Positions 28,744 through 40,881 of a stretch of DNA of 64,000 bases are shown here, piece after piece. Location: NCBI GenBank assembly GCA_016219925.1, contig JACRJU010000013.1, positions 102,566 through 166,565 of the forward strand, in the 5' to 3' direction. The notes beneath the pieces were generated by a model. It saw only the letters and a list, made by a program, of their open reading frames with translations. It had not been told where the DNA came from and did not search any database. Each line of letters begins with the position of its first letter. Position 1 is the stretch's first letter. Both the position numbers and the translations under genes were made by a program. This DNA is from Candidatus Uhrbacteria bacterium. Its GTDB lineage: Bacteria; Patescibacteriota; Patescibacteriia; UBA9934; GWF2-40-263.

Positions 28744-29691
28744 ATGATCACCTCTTCCAAATCTTCCGTCGCTAAAGACGTGTTCGCTTACCTTCTGACA
28801 TTCGTCATGCTCTATATCGGTGTGATCGATTTAATCTCACTGCTTTGGAACGTGATTGGCGTTCAGTTTCCCGATCCGGCTTCAGGCAACTGGATGAATC
28901 CTTACGATCCCATGCGCAATGCGCTCGCTTCGCTCATCATTGTCTGGCCGGTATTTCTGTTGATGACGCGTTATCTCGTGCGCGACCTGAAGCGCCATCC
29001 GGAAAAGGGTGATCTCTGGGTGCGCCGATGGCTGACCTATCTCACCGTATTTGTTGCCGCTATGACCATCATTGTTGATCTCATCACTCTGTTGAACTCT
29101 TTTTTGGGTGGGGAACTTACGACGCGGTTCGTGCTCAAGGTGTTGGTGGTCCTTGCGGTCGCGGCGTGCGTGCTTGGATATGAATTTTGGGAATTGAAAC
29201 GCAAACCGGAGGAGGGGAAGCGTCAATTTGGACTCATGGCGGGCGCAAGTATCGTATTGATCCTCGCTAGTATTGTTGCAGGATTTGTTTTTGTGGGCAC
29301 GCCGAAAACAGCCAGACAGGAAAAACTCGATGCCCAGCGTGTTTCTGATTTGCAAAGCATCCAAAGTCAGCTTGTGACTTATTGGAATCAAAAAAATATA
29401 CTGCCGGAATCGCTCGATGCCTTGCGTGATCCGATTTCCGGTTTTGTGGTGCCTGTTGATCCTGTGACGCGCGAAGTTTATGGCTACGAAAAAACAGGCG
29501 GCCTCGCTTTTAATCTCTGCGCGACTTTTGATCGCCCAACGGCCAAGTGGCAGAAAGGCCAGACGGCGGCGACCCCTGTTTTTGACCCGTATGGCAATCG
29601 GATGAGCGATGACTGGAATCACGAAAGCGGGCAGGCGTGTTTTTCCCGTACGATTGATCCGCTACTGAACAAGATTCCGGTAAAAAAATAG
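28744..29691 (+). CDS. hypothetical membrane protein (four TM helices in the N-terminal half, soluble C-terminal domain)
   Basis: ATG at 28744. The ORF-track start at 28726 is a TTG inside the upstream terminator T-run. Confidence 0.5.
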   Translation: MITSSKSSVAKDVFAYLLTFVMLYIGVIDLISLLWNVIGVQFPDPASGNWMNPYDPMRNALASLIIVWPVFLLMTRYLVRDLKRHPEKGDLWVRRWLTYLTVFVAAMTIIVDLITLLNSFLGGELTTRFVLKVLVVLAVAACVLGYEFWELKRKPEEGKRQFGLMAGASIVLILASIVAGFVFVGTPKTARQEKLDAQRVSDLQSIQSQLVTYWNQKNILPESLDALRDPISGFVVPVDPVTREVYGYEKTGGLAFNLCATFDRPTAKWQKGQTAATPVFDPYGNRMSDDWNHESGQACFSRTIDPLLNKIPVKK

Positions 29692-29734
29692 ACCCGAGGA
29701 GGGTCTGAGAAGTGAGGAGTGTGAAGCCTTGGTT

Positions 29735-31660
29735 CTACAGGTAAGGCTTGAGCAGTTCGACGAGGACGCCGAGGATGGGGATCAGGATGCCGCCGATGAT
29801 GGCCTCGCCAGCGATGAGACCGGCGGCCATTGGCCGAGCGAACAGGCTGAACGCGCCGTCCTTCCCCTTGGAGAACTGCTTCCACGCGGCGCTCGTGACA
29901 CTGCCCAGAGCGATTGCGATCGTCAGCGACGGAGACAGGATCAGAGCGAAGCCGACGGCCGAGGGGATCGGCATCCACCAGAAGCGCATGCGTTCGTTGC
30001 CATCCTCGTCGAGCATGATGACGCCGGACTTGTCGCGCTTGCGCACCGCGAGCAGCATCTCCATGATGATGCCCAGAAGCGCGGCCGCGATCGACGCGGA
30101 GAGGGCGCCATGCGGCAGAGCCGACAGACCCTTCTCCATCACCATCGCGAGCGAAGCGATCTTCAGCGCCGTTGGCGCCGTGAGCTGTCCCGGCTCGAGG
30201 CCGATGTGGTAGGCGTGTTCCAAGGACGTGAAGACCACTGGAAGCAGAAGGCACGCGATCGGGATCATCAGGAGTTGAGCGACGATGAGCGTGCGGAACT
30301 TGCCGCCCAGCCGCCGAGCGACCCAGAACGACGCGATGGTCGACTCCGACGAGGCTTGCGGGTCAGCCGCGATGTGCGCGGCGTTCAGGTTTTGCTGGAT
30401 GCGATCCGGCCAAATCAGGCCGAACAGGAACTGTGTGGCGTTCGCCATGAGCGACACCGGTCCTGTACCGGTGATGCCCAGAACGCGCAGGCCGGCGATG
30501 ATGAGCACCGGCTGAATCGATACGGCGACCAGCACTTCGTACCACGGCATCGAGAACCAGGCGTCCTGCAACCAGACGAGCGCGACGACGCACACGGCGA
30601 TGCCGGTCCAGATCCACCAGCGCGGGATCGTCTCGTCCGCGAGACTCGGCTTGGGCGTCTGTGCAAGGTCCGGGTTGCGCCGGCGCTTGATCCAGTTGCG
30701 GATGAGCGGGATGCCCACGCCCGTGAGCGCGGCGGTGACCATCATGGCCGTAGCGGGCCACATCGTCCATTGAACGACTTCCTTGAAGTGCGAGGGCGTA
30801 GCGAGGTACTTCGCCGCATTCGCGCAGTTGGTCGTGAGAAAGTCGTTCACCGTGGCCTTTCCAATCAGCTCACGGCACTGTTCCCAATGCTCCGGAGCGG
30901 TTCCACTGAGAGCGACGAGCTGTCCGACCGTCTCGCCGTACGTGGAAATCAGCCACACACCGATGAGCCCCGAAAGACCCACGGAGAGCGGGACGAGCAT
31001 GCCCGTACCGAAGCCCGCGAACTCGAGACCGAGAGCAAGGCCCAGGGCGGGCTTGCCGACGAATTCCACGGTGATGTTCAGGCCGGCGCGGATGAAGGTC
31101 ACAGCGGCCGCAACGGCCGTCGTCACCGTCAGGACAGTGCGTCGCTGGGTGGCTCTTTCGGTTGCCGCTGGATCGGTGAGGGTCTCGGCGACGCTCTGCA
31201 CGGCCTTGCCGGTCGGCCAGGGGAGCGAAGGATCGTCGAGAATCATCCGACGCGGCAGAGCGCCGACGAAGACGCCGAGGTTAGCGCTCACGAGCAGCCA
31301 CAGGGAGATCTGCCACCATTCGGGGTTGAACCCGATGGGATGATGGAAGACGTTCTGGATGTAGCAGAACGCCGCGAGGATGACCACCATGAACGACACG
31401 CCCGAGACCACGTTGATCATGGTCTGGACGAGGTTGAGCTGGATGGCCATTCGTCCGTTTGAACGCGCGGCCTGATGGCCGAGCACGGCGGCGGCCAGGA
31501 ACATGCCGCCATAGGTCAGATCGACCCCCAGCCCGAGCTTGAGCGTGAGGTAGGGACCTGCGGCTGTTGCCACGGCGCAGATGAGAGCGCCCATGACGAG
31601 CACCCTCCAGTTGAGGTCTCCGTCACGGAGCTCGGCCTTGAGCCGATCGAGCCAGTTCAT
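29735..31660 (-). CDS. OPT-family oligopeptide transporter
   Basis: 641 aa with about 16 TM helices and OPT-family conserved blocks. About 66% GC. SD GAGGTGA lies 4 nt before the ATG. Confidence 0.75.
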   Translation of the reverse strand: MNWLDRLKAELRDGDLNWRVLVMGALICAVATAAGPYLTLKLGLGVDLTYGGMFLAAAVLGHQAARSNGRMAIQLNLVQTMINVVSGVSFMVVILAAFCYIQNVFHHPIGFNPEWWQISLWLLVSANLGVFVGALPRRMILDDPSLPWPTGKAVQSVAETLTDPAATERATQRRTVLTVTTAVAAAVTFIRAGLNITVEFVGKPALGLALGLEFAGFGTGMLVPLSVGLSGLIGVWLISTYGETVGQLVALSGTAPEHWEQCRELIGKATVNDFLTTNCANAAKYLATPSHFKEVVQWTMWPATAMMVTAALTGVGIPLIRNWIKRRRNPDLAQTPKPSLADETIPRWWIWTGIAVCVVALVWLQDAWFSMPWYEVLVAVSIQPVLIIAGLRVLGITGTGPVSLMANATQFLFGLIWPDRIQQNLNAAHIAADPQASSESTIASFWVARRLGGKFRTLIVAQLLMIPIACLLLPVVFTSLEHAYHIGLEPGQLTAPTALKIASLAMVMEKGLSALPHGALSASIAAALLGIIMEMLLAVRKRDKSGVIMLDEDGNERMRFWWMPIPSAVGFALILSPSLTIAIALGSVTSAAWKQFSKGKDGAFSLFARPMAAGLIAGEAIIGGILIPILGVLVELLKPYL

Positions 31661-31770
31661 GATGTCACCTCGTGTTTGGACCCAAGAATGGGTGATGCGA
31701 CGTTAGCAGAGTGAGACCTGTGCGTCAAGACATTTCGCTTTGATGAGCGTTTTTGATACGATGAAACCAT

Positions 31771-32136
31771 ATGACAAATCTTCGCATTGCCAATACGGCC
31801 ATCTTTTTGTCCGTCGCGGTTCTTCACGCGATGCGCATCGCGTACAAATTGCCAGTGTTCGTCGGCTCCATCGAACTCTCGCTCTGGCTCTCGGTCGTTG
31901 CCGTGATCGGCGCCGGAGTATTGAGCTGGATGAACTGGCGCACGATTCATGCACCCGGCAAAACCGAATGGCTCAAGCTTTTGCTTGCCCTATTCGTTGT
32001 TGATGCCGCAATCGTGTTTTATTCCTGGGTTTCCGGTTTGTCCTTTTGGGGAATCGCTAACACTCAATTCGCTTGGATTTTGTTGTTTGATTTAGTGGTG
32101 ATCGTACTGTTGTCGTGGACGGCGCGGAAAAAATAA
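31771..32136 (+). CDS. small hypothetical membrane protein (121 aa, 4 TM)
   Basis: ATG start; a hydrophobic ORF with nothing further recognisable. Confidence 0.4.
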   Translation: MTNLRIANTAIFLSVAVLHAMRIAYKLPVFVGSIELSLWLSVVAVIGAGVLSWMNWRTIHAPGKTEWLKLLLALFVVDAAIVFYSWVSGLSFWGIANTQFAWILLFDLVVIVLLSWTARKK

Positions 32137-32138
32137 TT

Positions 32139-32552
32139 ATGCACGTGCGTATTTACACGGATGGAGGGTCGCGGGGAAATCCGGGACCGGCGGCTTCGGC
32201 CGCGGTGATCAAGACAGTACATGCCGGTAAAGAAGGCGAAACGATTGCAGAGGTTTCGAAGTTTTTGGGTCGGGAGACGAATAATCAAGCGGAGTACACC
32301 GCGATCATTATTGGTTTACAGAAAGCGCATCGGCTCGGGGCCAAGCAAGTCGAGGTGTACATGGATTCCGAACTTGCCACCCGTCAGCTCAACGGACAAT
32401 ATAAAGTGAAAGACGCCGGAATCGCCAAACGATTTTTAGAAGTGAAAAATTTAATACAGGCTTTTAATCGCGTGACGTTTACGCATGTGCGGCGCGAGCG
32501 CAACAAAGAAGCGGATGCGCTTGTCAACAAAGTCCTCGATGCGAACGCGTGA
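32139..32552 (+). CDS. rnhA: ribonuclease HI
   Basis: YTDGGSRGNPGPAA..., then E...AEY.A and a C-terminal DA..N. The RNase H catalytic D-E-D-D residues are in place. Confidence 0.85.
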   Translation: MHVRIYTDGGSRGNPGPAASAAVIKTVHAGKEGETIAEVSKFLGRETNNQAEYTAIIIGLQKAHRLGAKQVEVYMDSELATRQLNGQYKVKDAGIAKRFLEVKNLIQAFNRVTFTHVRRERNKEADALVNKVLDANA

Positions 32553-32601
32553 TCCAAGAGGCATGCTGCAGTTTGGAATTTTGTGATACACTATTTCCAC
32601 T

Positions 32602-33705
32602 ATGGCTTTGTTCGGTAAAGCAAAAAAAGGAGGAACGCTTGGCGTTGACATCGGCGCAAACAGCATCAAGCTCGTTGAACTTGGCAGCGAAAGGGGACGC
32701 GCCAAACTGCTCACCTATGGCTATGGAGAGCTGCCATTTGGCAATCAGGGCGGACTTCTCATGGACAATCCCAAAGCCGCGGGCGAATTGCTGGCGGAAA
32801 TTTGTAAAGCCTCGGGATGTCAATCCACCATTACGATGGCCGCGTTGCCGACGTCGAATGTGTTTACAACGATTTTATCGCTTCCCGCTACGAAAGATCC
32901 CAAGCAAGTCAAATCGCTCATTGATGCCGAGGTGGAAAAAATGTCGCCACTTCCGATTTCCGAGATGATTACCTACTCGACGTTTTTAGATGGGGAGGGC
33001 AAGAAGGCGGAGAAATCTCAAAAAGCTGAAAGGGCAGAGAAAGCGGATAAGTATGTGCGCGTGTTGGTCACCGGTGCTGCAAAGACGCTTGTGCAGAAGT
33101 ATATTGAGATATTCCGTACAGCCAAACTACAACTGCAAGCCTTGGATACAGAATCTTTTGCGTTGATTCGTTCTCTCATTGGCAAAGACCGCAGTGCGAT
33201 CATGCTTATTGACATGGGGGCCAAACGGACAAACATCACTGTTGTGGAAAAGGGGATTCCGTTTGTAACGCGCAGTGTGAATATTGGCGGGGATACGCTT
33301 ACGAGCCGCATTCAATCCAGCTTGCATCTCCCCGCGGACAAAGCCGAGCAGATGAAGCGTGATTTTTCCGATGCGGCCGCGGAGCCGTCTGATCTTCCCG
33401 GCGGTTTGTCGCCGGTGCTTGAGCCGGTTATTCAACCGCTGGTGAATGAAATCAAGTATTCCTTTGAACTGTATGCAAGCATGGAATTGACGCAAATCAA
33501 AAAGGTGGAAAAGATTATCTTGACTGGCGGTTCTGCTCACTTGCCTCGCGTGCCAGAATATCTTTCTGAAACCTTGAATTTGAACGTGTATCGCGGCAAT
33601 CCGTGGGCGCGCGTCGTCTATCCGCAGGATTTGTCGATCGTGTTGGAGGAGATCGGGCCGCGCATGAGCGTCGCGATCGGGCTTGCGATGCGAGATATGG
33701 AATAA
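32602..33705 (+). CDS. pilM: type IV pilus assembly protein PilM (actin-like ATPase fold)
   Basis: LGVDIGANSIKLVEL N-terminus, ILTGGSAHLP near the C-terminus, and typical PilM length. Confidence 0.8.
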   Translation: MALFGKAKKGGTLGVDIGANSIKLVELGSERGRAKLLTYGYGELPFGNQGGLLMDNPKAAGELLAEICKASGCQSTITMAALPTSNVFTTILSLPATKDPKQVKSLIDAEVEKMSPLPISEMITYSTFLDGEGKKAEKSQKAERAEKADKYVRVLVTGAAKTLVQKYIEIFRTAKLQLQALDTESFALIRSLIGKDRSAIMLIDMGAKRTNITVVEKGIPFVTRSVNIGGDTLTSRIQSSLHLPADKAEQMKRDFSDAAAEPSDLPGGLSPVLEPVIQPLVNEIKYSFELYASMELTQIKKVEKIILTGGSAHLPRVPEYLSETLNLNVYRGNPWARVVYPQDLSIVLEEIGPRMSVAIGLAMRDME

Positions 33706-33718
33706 CGAAATCCTAAGA

Positions 33719-33965
33719 TCATTTGAACCTGTCCTCTCAAAACACGCGGTCGGCCATCGTTGATTTTAGACTGTCGATTGTACCCGCCGCTCGTGTCTCG
33801 GGATCGCGAAGCCTTATTGCCTGAGCCTGTCGAAGGCAATGGCGATCCCGGAGCGGAGCGAGTGCAGTGAACAAAATTTTGTTTGTTCACTACCGAGCGA
33901 GCGAACGGGATATGACCTTTGGTCATATCCCTACGACACGGTTTTGATCGGACAGGTTCAAATGA
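33719..33965. repeat. 247-bp element bounded by perfect 16-bp inverted repeats (tcatttgaacctgtcc / ggacaggttcaaatga) containing three nested hairpins; MITE-like or structured leader RNA
   Basis: Left inverted repeat 33719-33734, right inverted repeat 33950-33965. Internal hairpins at 33799-33850, 33867-33890 (9-bp perfect stem) and 33907-33931 (11-bp perfect stem). Confidence 0.5.
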
Positions 33966-34011
33966 CTTGATCACTATCTTCTTATTTCCTACTCCTTCTC
34001 CTCTCCCCCCT

Positions 34012-34521
34012 ATGTCCAAATCTTCACGCGGTTTTACTCTTTTGGAAATTTTGGTCGTGATCGCGATCATCGCGCTCATTGGCGTTTTTGCGGCCGTTGC
34101 CGTGAACGCCGCCCGATCCAAACAACGCGATGCCACACGGCTTGCGAACATCCGTCAGTTGCAAAGCGCCCTTGAAGATCACTTCAATGAAGGGAACACG
34201 TATCCCGCGGGCGAACTTCTGCCGCTGGGCGATCCGACAACGAGTGCGTGTCTGGGTCTCAATGGATTCCTCGGAGATTGTTCTTCCGAGAGCGCGGTAT
34301 TTTTGCGCATCGTGCCGGGGACTTATGCTGACGGTCTTAAAGGCGATGTGACCTGCGGTGATCCCGCGCGTAAGGCCTTTTGCTACACCCAACGAGCTGG
34401 AGGAGACAAATACGTGATTCATTTCGAACTGGAAAACGCTCTGCCATCTATCGGTCTTCAAAAGGGGGTGAACTGTGCCATTGCCGATGGGATGCAGGCA
34501 GGGGTGTGTCCAGAAGAATAG
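34012..34521 (+). CDS. type IV pilin (prepilin with N-terminal methylation motif)
   Basis: MSKSSRGFTLLEILVVIAIIALIG has a G-F cleavage site with E at +5. C-terminal cysteine pairs are present. Confidence 0.8.
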   Translation: MSKSSRGFTLLEILVVIAIIALIGVFAAVAVNAARSKQRDATRLANIRQLQSALEDHFNEGNTYPAGELLPLGDPTTSACLGLNGFLGDCSSESAVFLRIVPGTYADGLKGDVTCGDPARKAFCYTQRAGGDKYVIHFELENALPSIGLQKGVNCAIADGMQAGVCPEE

Positions 34522-34526
34522 GGGAT

Positions 34527-34550
34527 AAAACAGGGTGCGAGCCCTGTTTT
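34527..34550 (+). terminator. hairpin terminator after the pilin gene
   Basis: aaaacaggg-tgcgag-ccctgtttt, a 9-bp perfect stem ending in a T-run. Confidence 0.5.
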
Positions 34551-34569
34551 ATGATAGAATAGGGGCGCT

Positions 34570-37328
<2,759 letters not shown>

Positions 37329-37336
37329 TATTTACT

Positions 37337-37627
37337 ATGGATATCACTCATCTTGCTAAACTCGCTCGTCTAGCGCTCACCCCTGAAGAAATTCAATCCT
37401 ATCAAGGACAGCTCGGTTCGATTTTGCAGTATGTCGATACCCTTCAGGAGCTGGATACCGAACAGGTGCCCGAGCTTCAACACGCGATTGAAGTGACAAA
37501 CGTTTTTCGTTTAGACGTTCCGGAGGGATGTGAGATGGACGTTCGTGAACGATCGCTCAAAAATTTTTCCAATCGTAGTGAGGATCTTCTTAAAGTGCAG
37601 GCGGTTTTTGATGGCCGGACCGAATAA
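37337..37627 (+). CDS. gatC: Asp-tRNA(Asn)/Glu-tRNA(Gln) amidotransferase subunit C
   Basis: 96 aa with LARLALTPEE...L..IL.YVD.L in the typical GatC pattern. Immediately upstream of gatA. Confidence 0.8.
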   Translation: MDITHLAKLARLALTPEEIQSYQGQLGSILQYVDTLQELDTEQVPELQHAIEVTNVFRLDVPEGCEMDVRERSLKNFSNRSEDLLKVQAVFDGRTE

Positions 37628-37629
37628 TT

Positions 37630-39078
37630 ATGGATATTTCTTCTTTGACACTCACTCAAGCCAAATCTTTGTTGGCCGATGGTGATATCACTAGTGAGGC
37701 GCTTGTGAGCGGACATCTCAAGCGTATCGATGAACAAAACGAGAATTTGCACGCCTTGCTTGGCGTTTCAGAACAGGCGCTTGATGAAGCTCGACAGGCA
37801 GACACTCGCAGAGCCAAGGGTGAAGATGGAGGAGTTTTGGCGGGGATTCCGATAGCGATTAAAGATAATATTCTCGTTCAAGGTTGGGAAAACACCAGTT
37901 GCTCGCAAGTGCTTGAGGGACATCGCAGCGCGTATAGCGCCACAGTTGTCGAACGCCTCAAAGCGGCGGGCGCTATTTTGATTGGTCGTACAAACATGGA
38001 CGAATTTGCCATGGGATCCTCTACAGAGTCCTCGCATTTCGGCCCGACGAAAAATCCTTGGGACGCAGAGCGCGTCCCAGGGGGCTCAAGCGGCGGATCC
38101 GCCGCGGCCGTTGCGGCTGGATTTGTTCCGGCCGCTCTGGGTTCTGATACGGGCGGATCGATCCGCCAGCCCGCTTCCCTCTGCGGCGTGGTTGGGCTCA
38201 AACCAACGTACGGACGAGTGTCGCGCTATGGGTTGATGGCCATGGCATCCTCGCTCGATCAAATCGGCCCGATCACACGCACCGTGGAAGATGCGGCGCT
38301 GGTTTTGCAGGTGATCGAAGGAAAGGATCCGCGCGACGCTACCAGTGTTGAACTTCAAGAAACCACCATCCCGGAGCTTATGACCGATTCCTTAGAAGGA
38401 ATGACTTTGGGGATTCCGGACGAATATTTTTTGGAAGGCATGGACGACACGATCAAATCGCTCGTGATGGATGCGGTCGCACAGCTCAAAGAACGCGGCG
38501 CAACGGTTGAAAAAATTTCCATGCCGCATGCGAAGTACGCGCTCGCCGCTTATTATGTGCTGATGCCTTGCGAGGCAAGTTCGAACCTCGGACGATTTGA
38601 TGGTCTGCGATTCGGCTACCATTCCAGCGGCAACACTCTTACCGAAACGTATGAGCGTTCCCGTGGAGAAGGGTTTGGATCAGAAGTGAAGCGGCGGATT
38701 TTGTTGGGATCGTATGCGCTCTCGGCTGGGTATTATGATGCGTATTATCGCAAAGCGCTCAAGGTGCGCACGCTGATCAAGCGCGATTTCGATGACGCGC
38801 TTAAACGGGTGGATGCCATCGTAACTCCGACCAGTCCATGCGTCGCCTGGAAGCTCGGAGAAAAATTCGGCGATCCACTCACGATGTATCTTTCTGACAT
38901 CTACACCATCACCGCGAATCTTGCGACGGTGCCGGCGATTTCTCTGCCATGTGGGTTCTCCGAAGGTCTTCCAGTCGGGTTGCAACTGATGGGTCGCCCA
39001 TTTGATGAGCAGACGCTCTATCGGATTGGCATGGCCTATCAGAAAGTTACAGACTGGCACACCCGAACGCCCGTATGA
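37630..39078 (+). CDS. gatA: Asp-tRNA(Asn)/Glu-tRNA(Gln) amidotransferase subunit A (amidase signature)
   Basis: GIPIAIKDNI, the GGSSGGSAAAVAAG amidase signature, and the Ser-cisSer-Lys triad context. Confidence 0.9.
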   Translation: MDISSLTLTQAKSLLADGDITSEALVSGHLKRIDEQNENLHALLGVSEQALDEARQADTRRAKGEDGGVLAGIPIAIKDNILVQGWENTSCSQVLEGHRSAYSATVVERLKAAGAILIGRTNMDEFAMGSSTESSHFGPTKNPWDAERVPGGSSGGSAAAVAAGFVPAALGSDTGGSIRQPASLCGVVGLKPTYGRVSRYGLMAMASSLDQIGPITRTVEDAALVLQVIEGKDPRDATSVELQETTIPELMTDSLEGMTLGIPDEYFLEGMDDTIKSLVMDAVAQLKERGATVEKISMPHAKYALAAYYVLMPCEASSNLGRFDGLRFGYHSSGNTLTETYERSRGEGFGSEVKRRILLGSYALSAGYYDAYYRKALKVRTLIKRDFDDALKRVDAIVTPTSPCVAWKLGEKFGDPLTMYLSDIYTITANLATVPAISLPCGFSEGLPVGLQLMGRPFDEQTLYRIGMAYQKVTDWHTRTPV

Positions 39079-39827
39079 TTCCTTATTTTCATTTCACGAC
39101 CATTCCTTTGGGCCCCATCACCATCCAGGTGTGGGGTCTTATGGTTGCACTCGGAATTTTGGCTGGCGCCTGGGCGGCAGGGAAGATGGCTAGAACGCGT
39201 GGTCAAGATCCGCAGTTAATTTGGGATCTCACGTTTTGGGTGATCATCGGCGCGTTTTTGTTCGCGCGTCTGTTCCATATTTTTTACGAACCGCAGATGT
39301 ATGCTCAATCTCCTGTTGAGATTTTTAAAATTTGGCACGGCGGTCTTTCCGTGATGGGGGGTTTTTTCGGTGCAGCGCTGTTCGGCATTTTTTTTCTAAA
39401 AAGAAAGCACGCAGATATTTTTGCGTACGCCGATACGGCGGTGTTTGGGCTACCTTTGGGTTTATTCATTGGTCGAATCGGATGTTTTTTGACGCATCTT
39501 CATCCGGGCACACGAACAAGTTTTTTTTTAGGGGTTCTGTATCCTGATGGTGTCAGGCACGATCTTGGCCTTTATCTCTCAATCAACGGACTCATTCTTT
39601 TTCTCGTCTTTCTTGTGTTCGCACGAAGACGTTCGGCTTCGGGGACTTATATGGTCACCTTCTTACTTTGGTACGGCACGGTTCGTTTTTTTCTGGATTT
39701 TCTTCGCGCAACCGATGGCCCGATTGTTGATGCTCGTTACGCTCATCTCACCCCCGCGCAATATGTCGCCATGGTGATGATTGCAGGCGGCCTGTGGTTG
39801 CGATGGTATCGAAAGGCACATCAGTAA
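39075..39827 (+). CDS. lgt: prolipoprotein diacylglyceryl transferase
   Basis: Lgt N-terminal pattern (I.IGPI.I..WGL), the GRIGCF signature region, and about 7 TM helices. Confidence 0.85.
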   Translation: MIPYFHFTTIPLGPITIQVWGLMVALGILAGAWAAGKMARTRGQDPQLIWDLTFWVIIGAFLFARLFHIFYEPQMYAQSPVEIFKIWHGGLSVMGGFFGAALFGIFFLKRKHADIFAYADTAVFGLPLGLFIGRIGCFLTHLHPGTRTSFFLGVLYPDGVRHDLGLYLSINGLILFLVFLVFARRRSASGTYMVTFLLWYGTVRFFLDFLRATDGPIVDARYAHLTPAQYVAMVMIAGGLWLRWYRKAHQ

Positions 39828-39843
39828 TCAGACGGAACGATCC

Positions 39844-39877
39844 CCTGCCGGAGGGAACAACGGCAACGAGTTCGTCG
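39844..39877 (+). repeat. structured hairpin element copy 3 (5' two-thirds only, no closing stem) downstream of lgt
   Basis: The 21-nt stretch cctgccggagggaacaacggc is identical to copy 2 (8771-8791). The element then diverges and lacks the 3' GGCCCGGAG segment. Confidence 0.45.
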
Positions 39878-39981
39878 GATATATCTGTCGAAAAAAAATT
39901 GACAAATTGTTCATTTAAAAATAGCCTGAAATCAGGTTCTTTTTTATCTATCCACATTTTTGTTGAAATTTATTGTTGACT

Positions 39982-40752
39982 ATGTCTAAACCTCCTAAAC
40001 TGACGGTGAAGACACTTGATGCCATTGGCCTTCGACAGAAGGACATGGACGTCTATGTCTCGCTGTTAAAACTTGGGACAGCTCCTTTGCGCAAGCTCGC
40101 AGATGAGTGCAGTCTCAATCGAGGAACGACCTATGATACGCTCAAGCGTCTTTTGGATCTGGGCCTCGTCAGTTTTGTGGATTCGAAAACGCATCGATTC
40201 TTTACGGCGGAAGATCCCAAGAAACTGACAGGGGTTGCCACACGGCGTGAAGTTGCTGTTCAGGAAGCTCGAGGGGATCTGCAAGAAGCGATCCCACACC
40301 TGCAGGAGCTTCTGGGATGGAGTAAGCACCGACCATCGGTGCGCTATTACGAGGGCGAGGTGGGCGTGCGGGATATTTTGGAAGACCTTCTGAAGACGTG
40401 CGCCCACGCGTCCGACAAAATGTATCGGGTGTATTCTTCTGCGGGCGTGCGCGATCTGATCTTGCACGCGTGGCCGGGATTCACCAAAACGCGCATTCAA
40501 AAAAAAATTCGCGTCAAAGCGATCGCGGTTGGAGAAGGGGGCCGCACGTTCGGACTTGATGAGCGCCGTTGGCTCTCGCACGAACAGCAATCCCCAACGT
40601 ACATTTTCATCTATCAACACAAAACGGCTTATATCTCCGTGGATGATCATCGCGAATTGTTTGGAGTGGTGATCGAAGACGATGCTATCACCTTGACCCA
40701 GACGATGATTTTTGATTCACTGTGGGGTCAGCTTTCCAAGGAGGATGAATGA
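39982..40752 (+). CDS. TrmB-family transcriptional regulator (N-terminal wHTH)
   Basis: N-terminal LDAIGL...VY..LLKLG.APLRKLA......R.TTYD.LKRL...GLV, with a TrmB-like C-terminal sugar-sensing-type domain. The ORF-track start at 39973 is TTG; ATG at 39982. Confidence 0.55.
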   Translation: MSKPPKLTVKTLDAIGLRQKDMDVYVSLLKLGTAPLRKLADECSLNRGTTYDTLKRLLDLGLVSFVDSKTHRFFTAEDPKKLTGVATRREVAVQEARGDLQEAIPHLQELLGWSKHRPSVRYYEGEVGVRDILEDLLKTCAHASDKMYRVYSSAGVRDLILHAWPGFTKTRIQKKIRVKAIAVGEGGRTFGLDERRWLSHEQQSPTYIFIYQHKTAYISVDDHRELFGVVIEDDAITLTQTMIFDSLWGQLSKEDE

Positions 40753-40881
40753 TTCTGGGCGACTGTGCTTATGCTTGCCATGAGCCAAGCCGGGCCGAAT
40801 CATCTATGCTTGTTGCGTATATGAAAAGGCAATAGCCCACCTCATTTGACCAAGGGCGTTGTACCTTCCGCGGAGCCTGCC

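Noticed and set aside
31661-31770. Shared TCGTGTT motif near the OPT start, as in the tRNA-Ser and dnaG upstream repeats
   Set aside because: Only a 7-mer match at an inconsistent distance from the start codon. Not enough to call a third copy of the 35-bp junction repeat.
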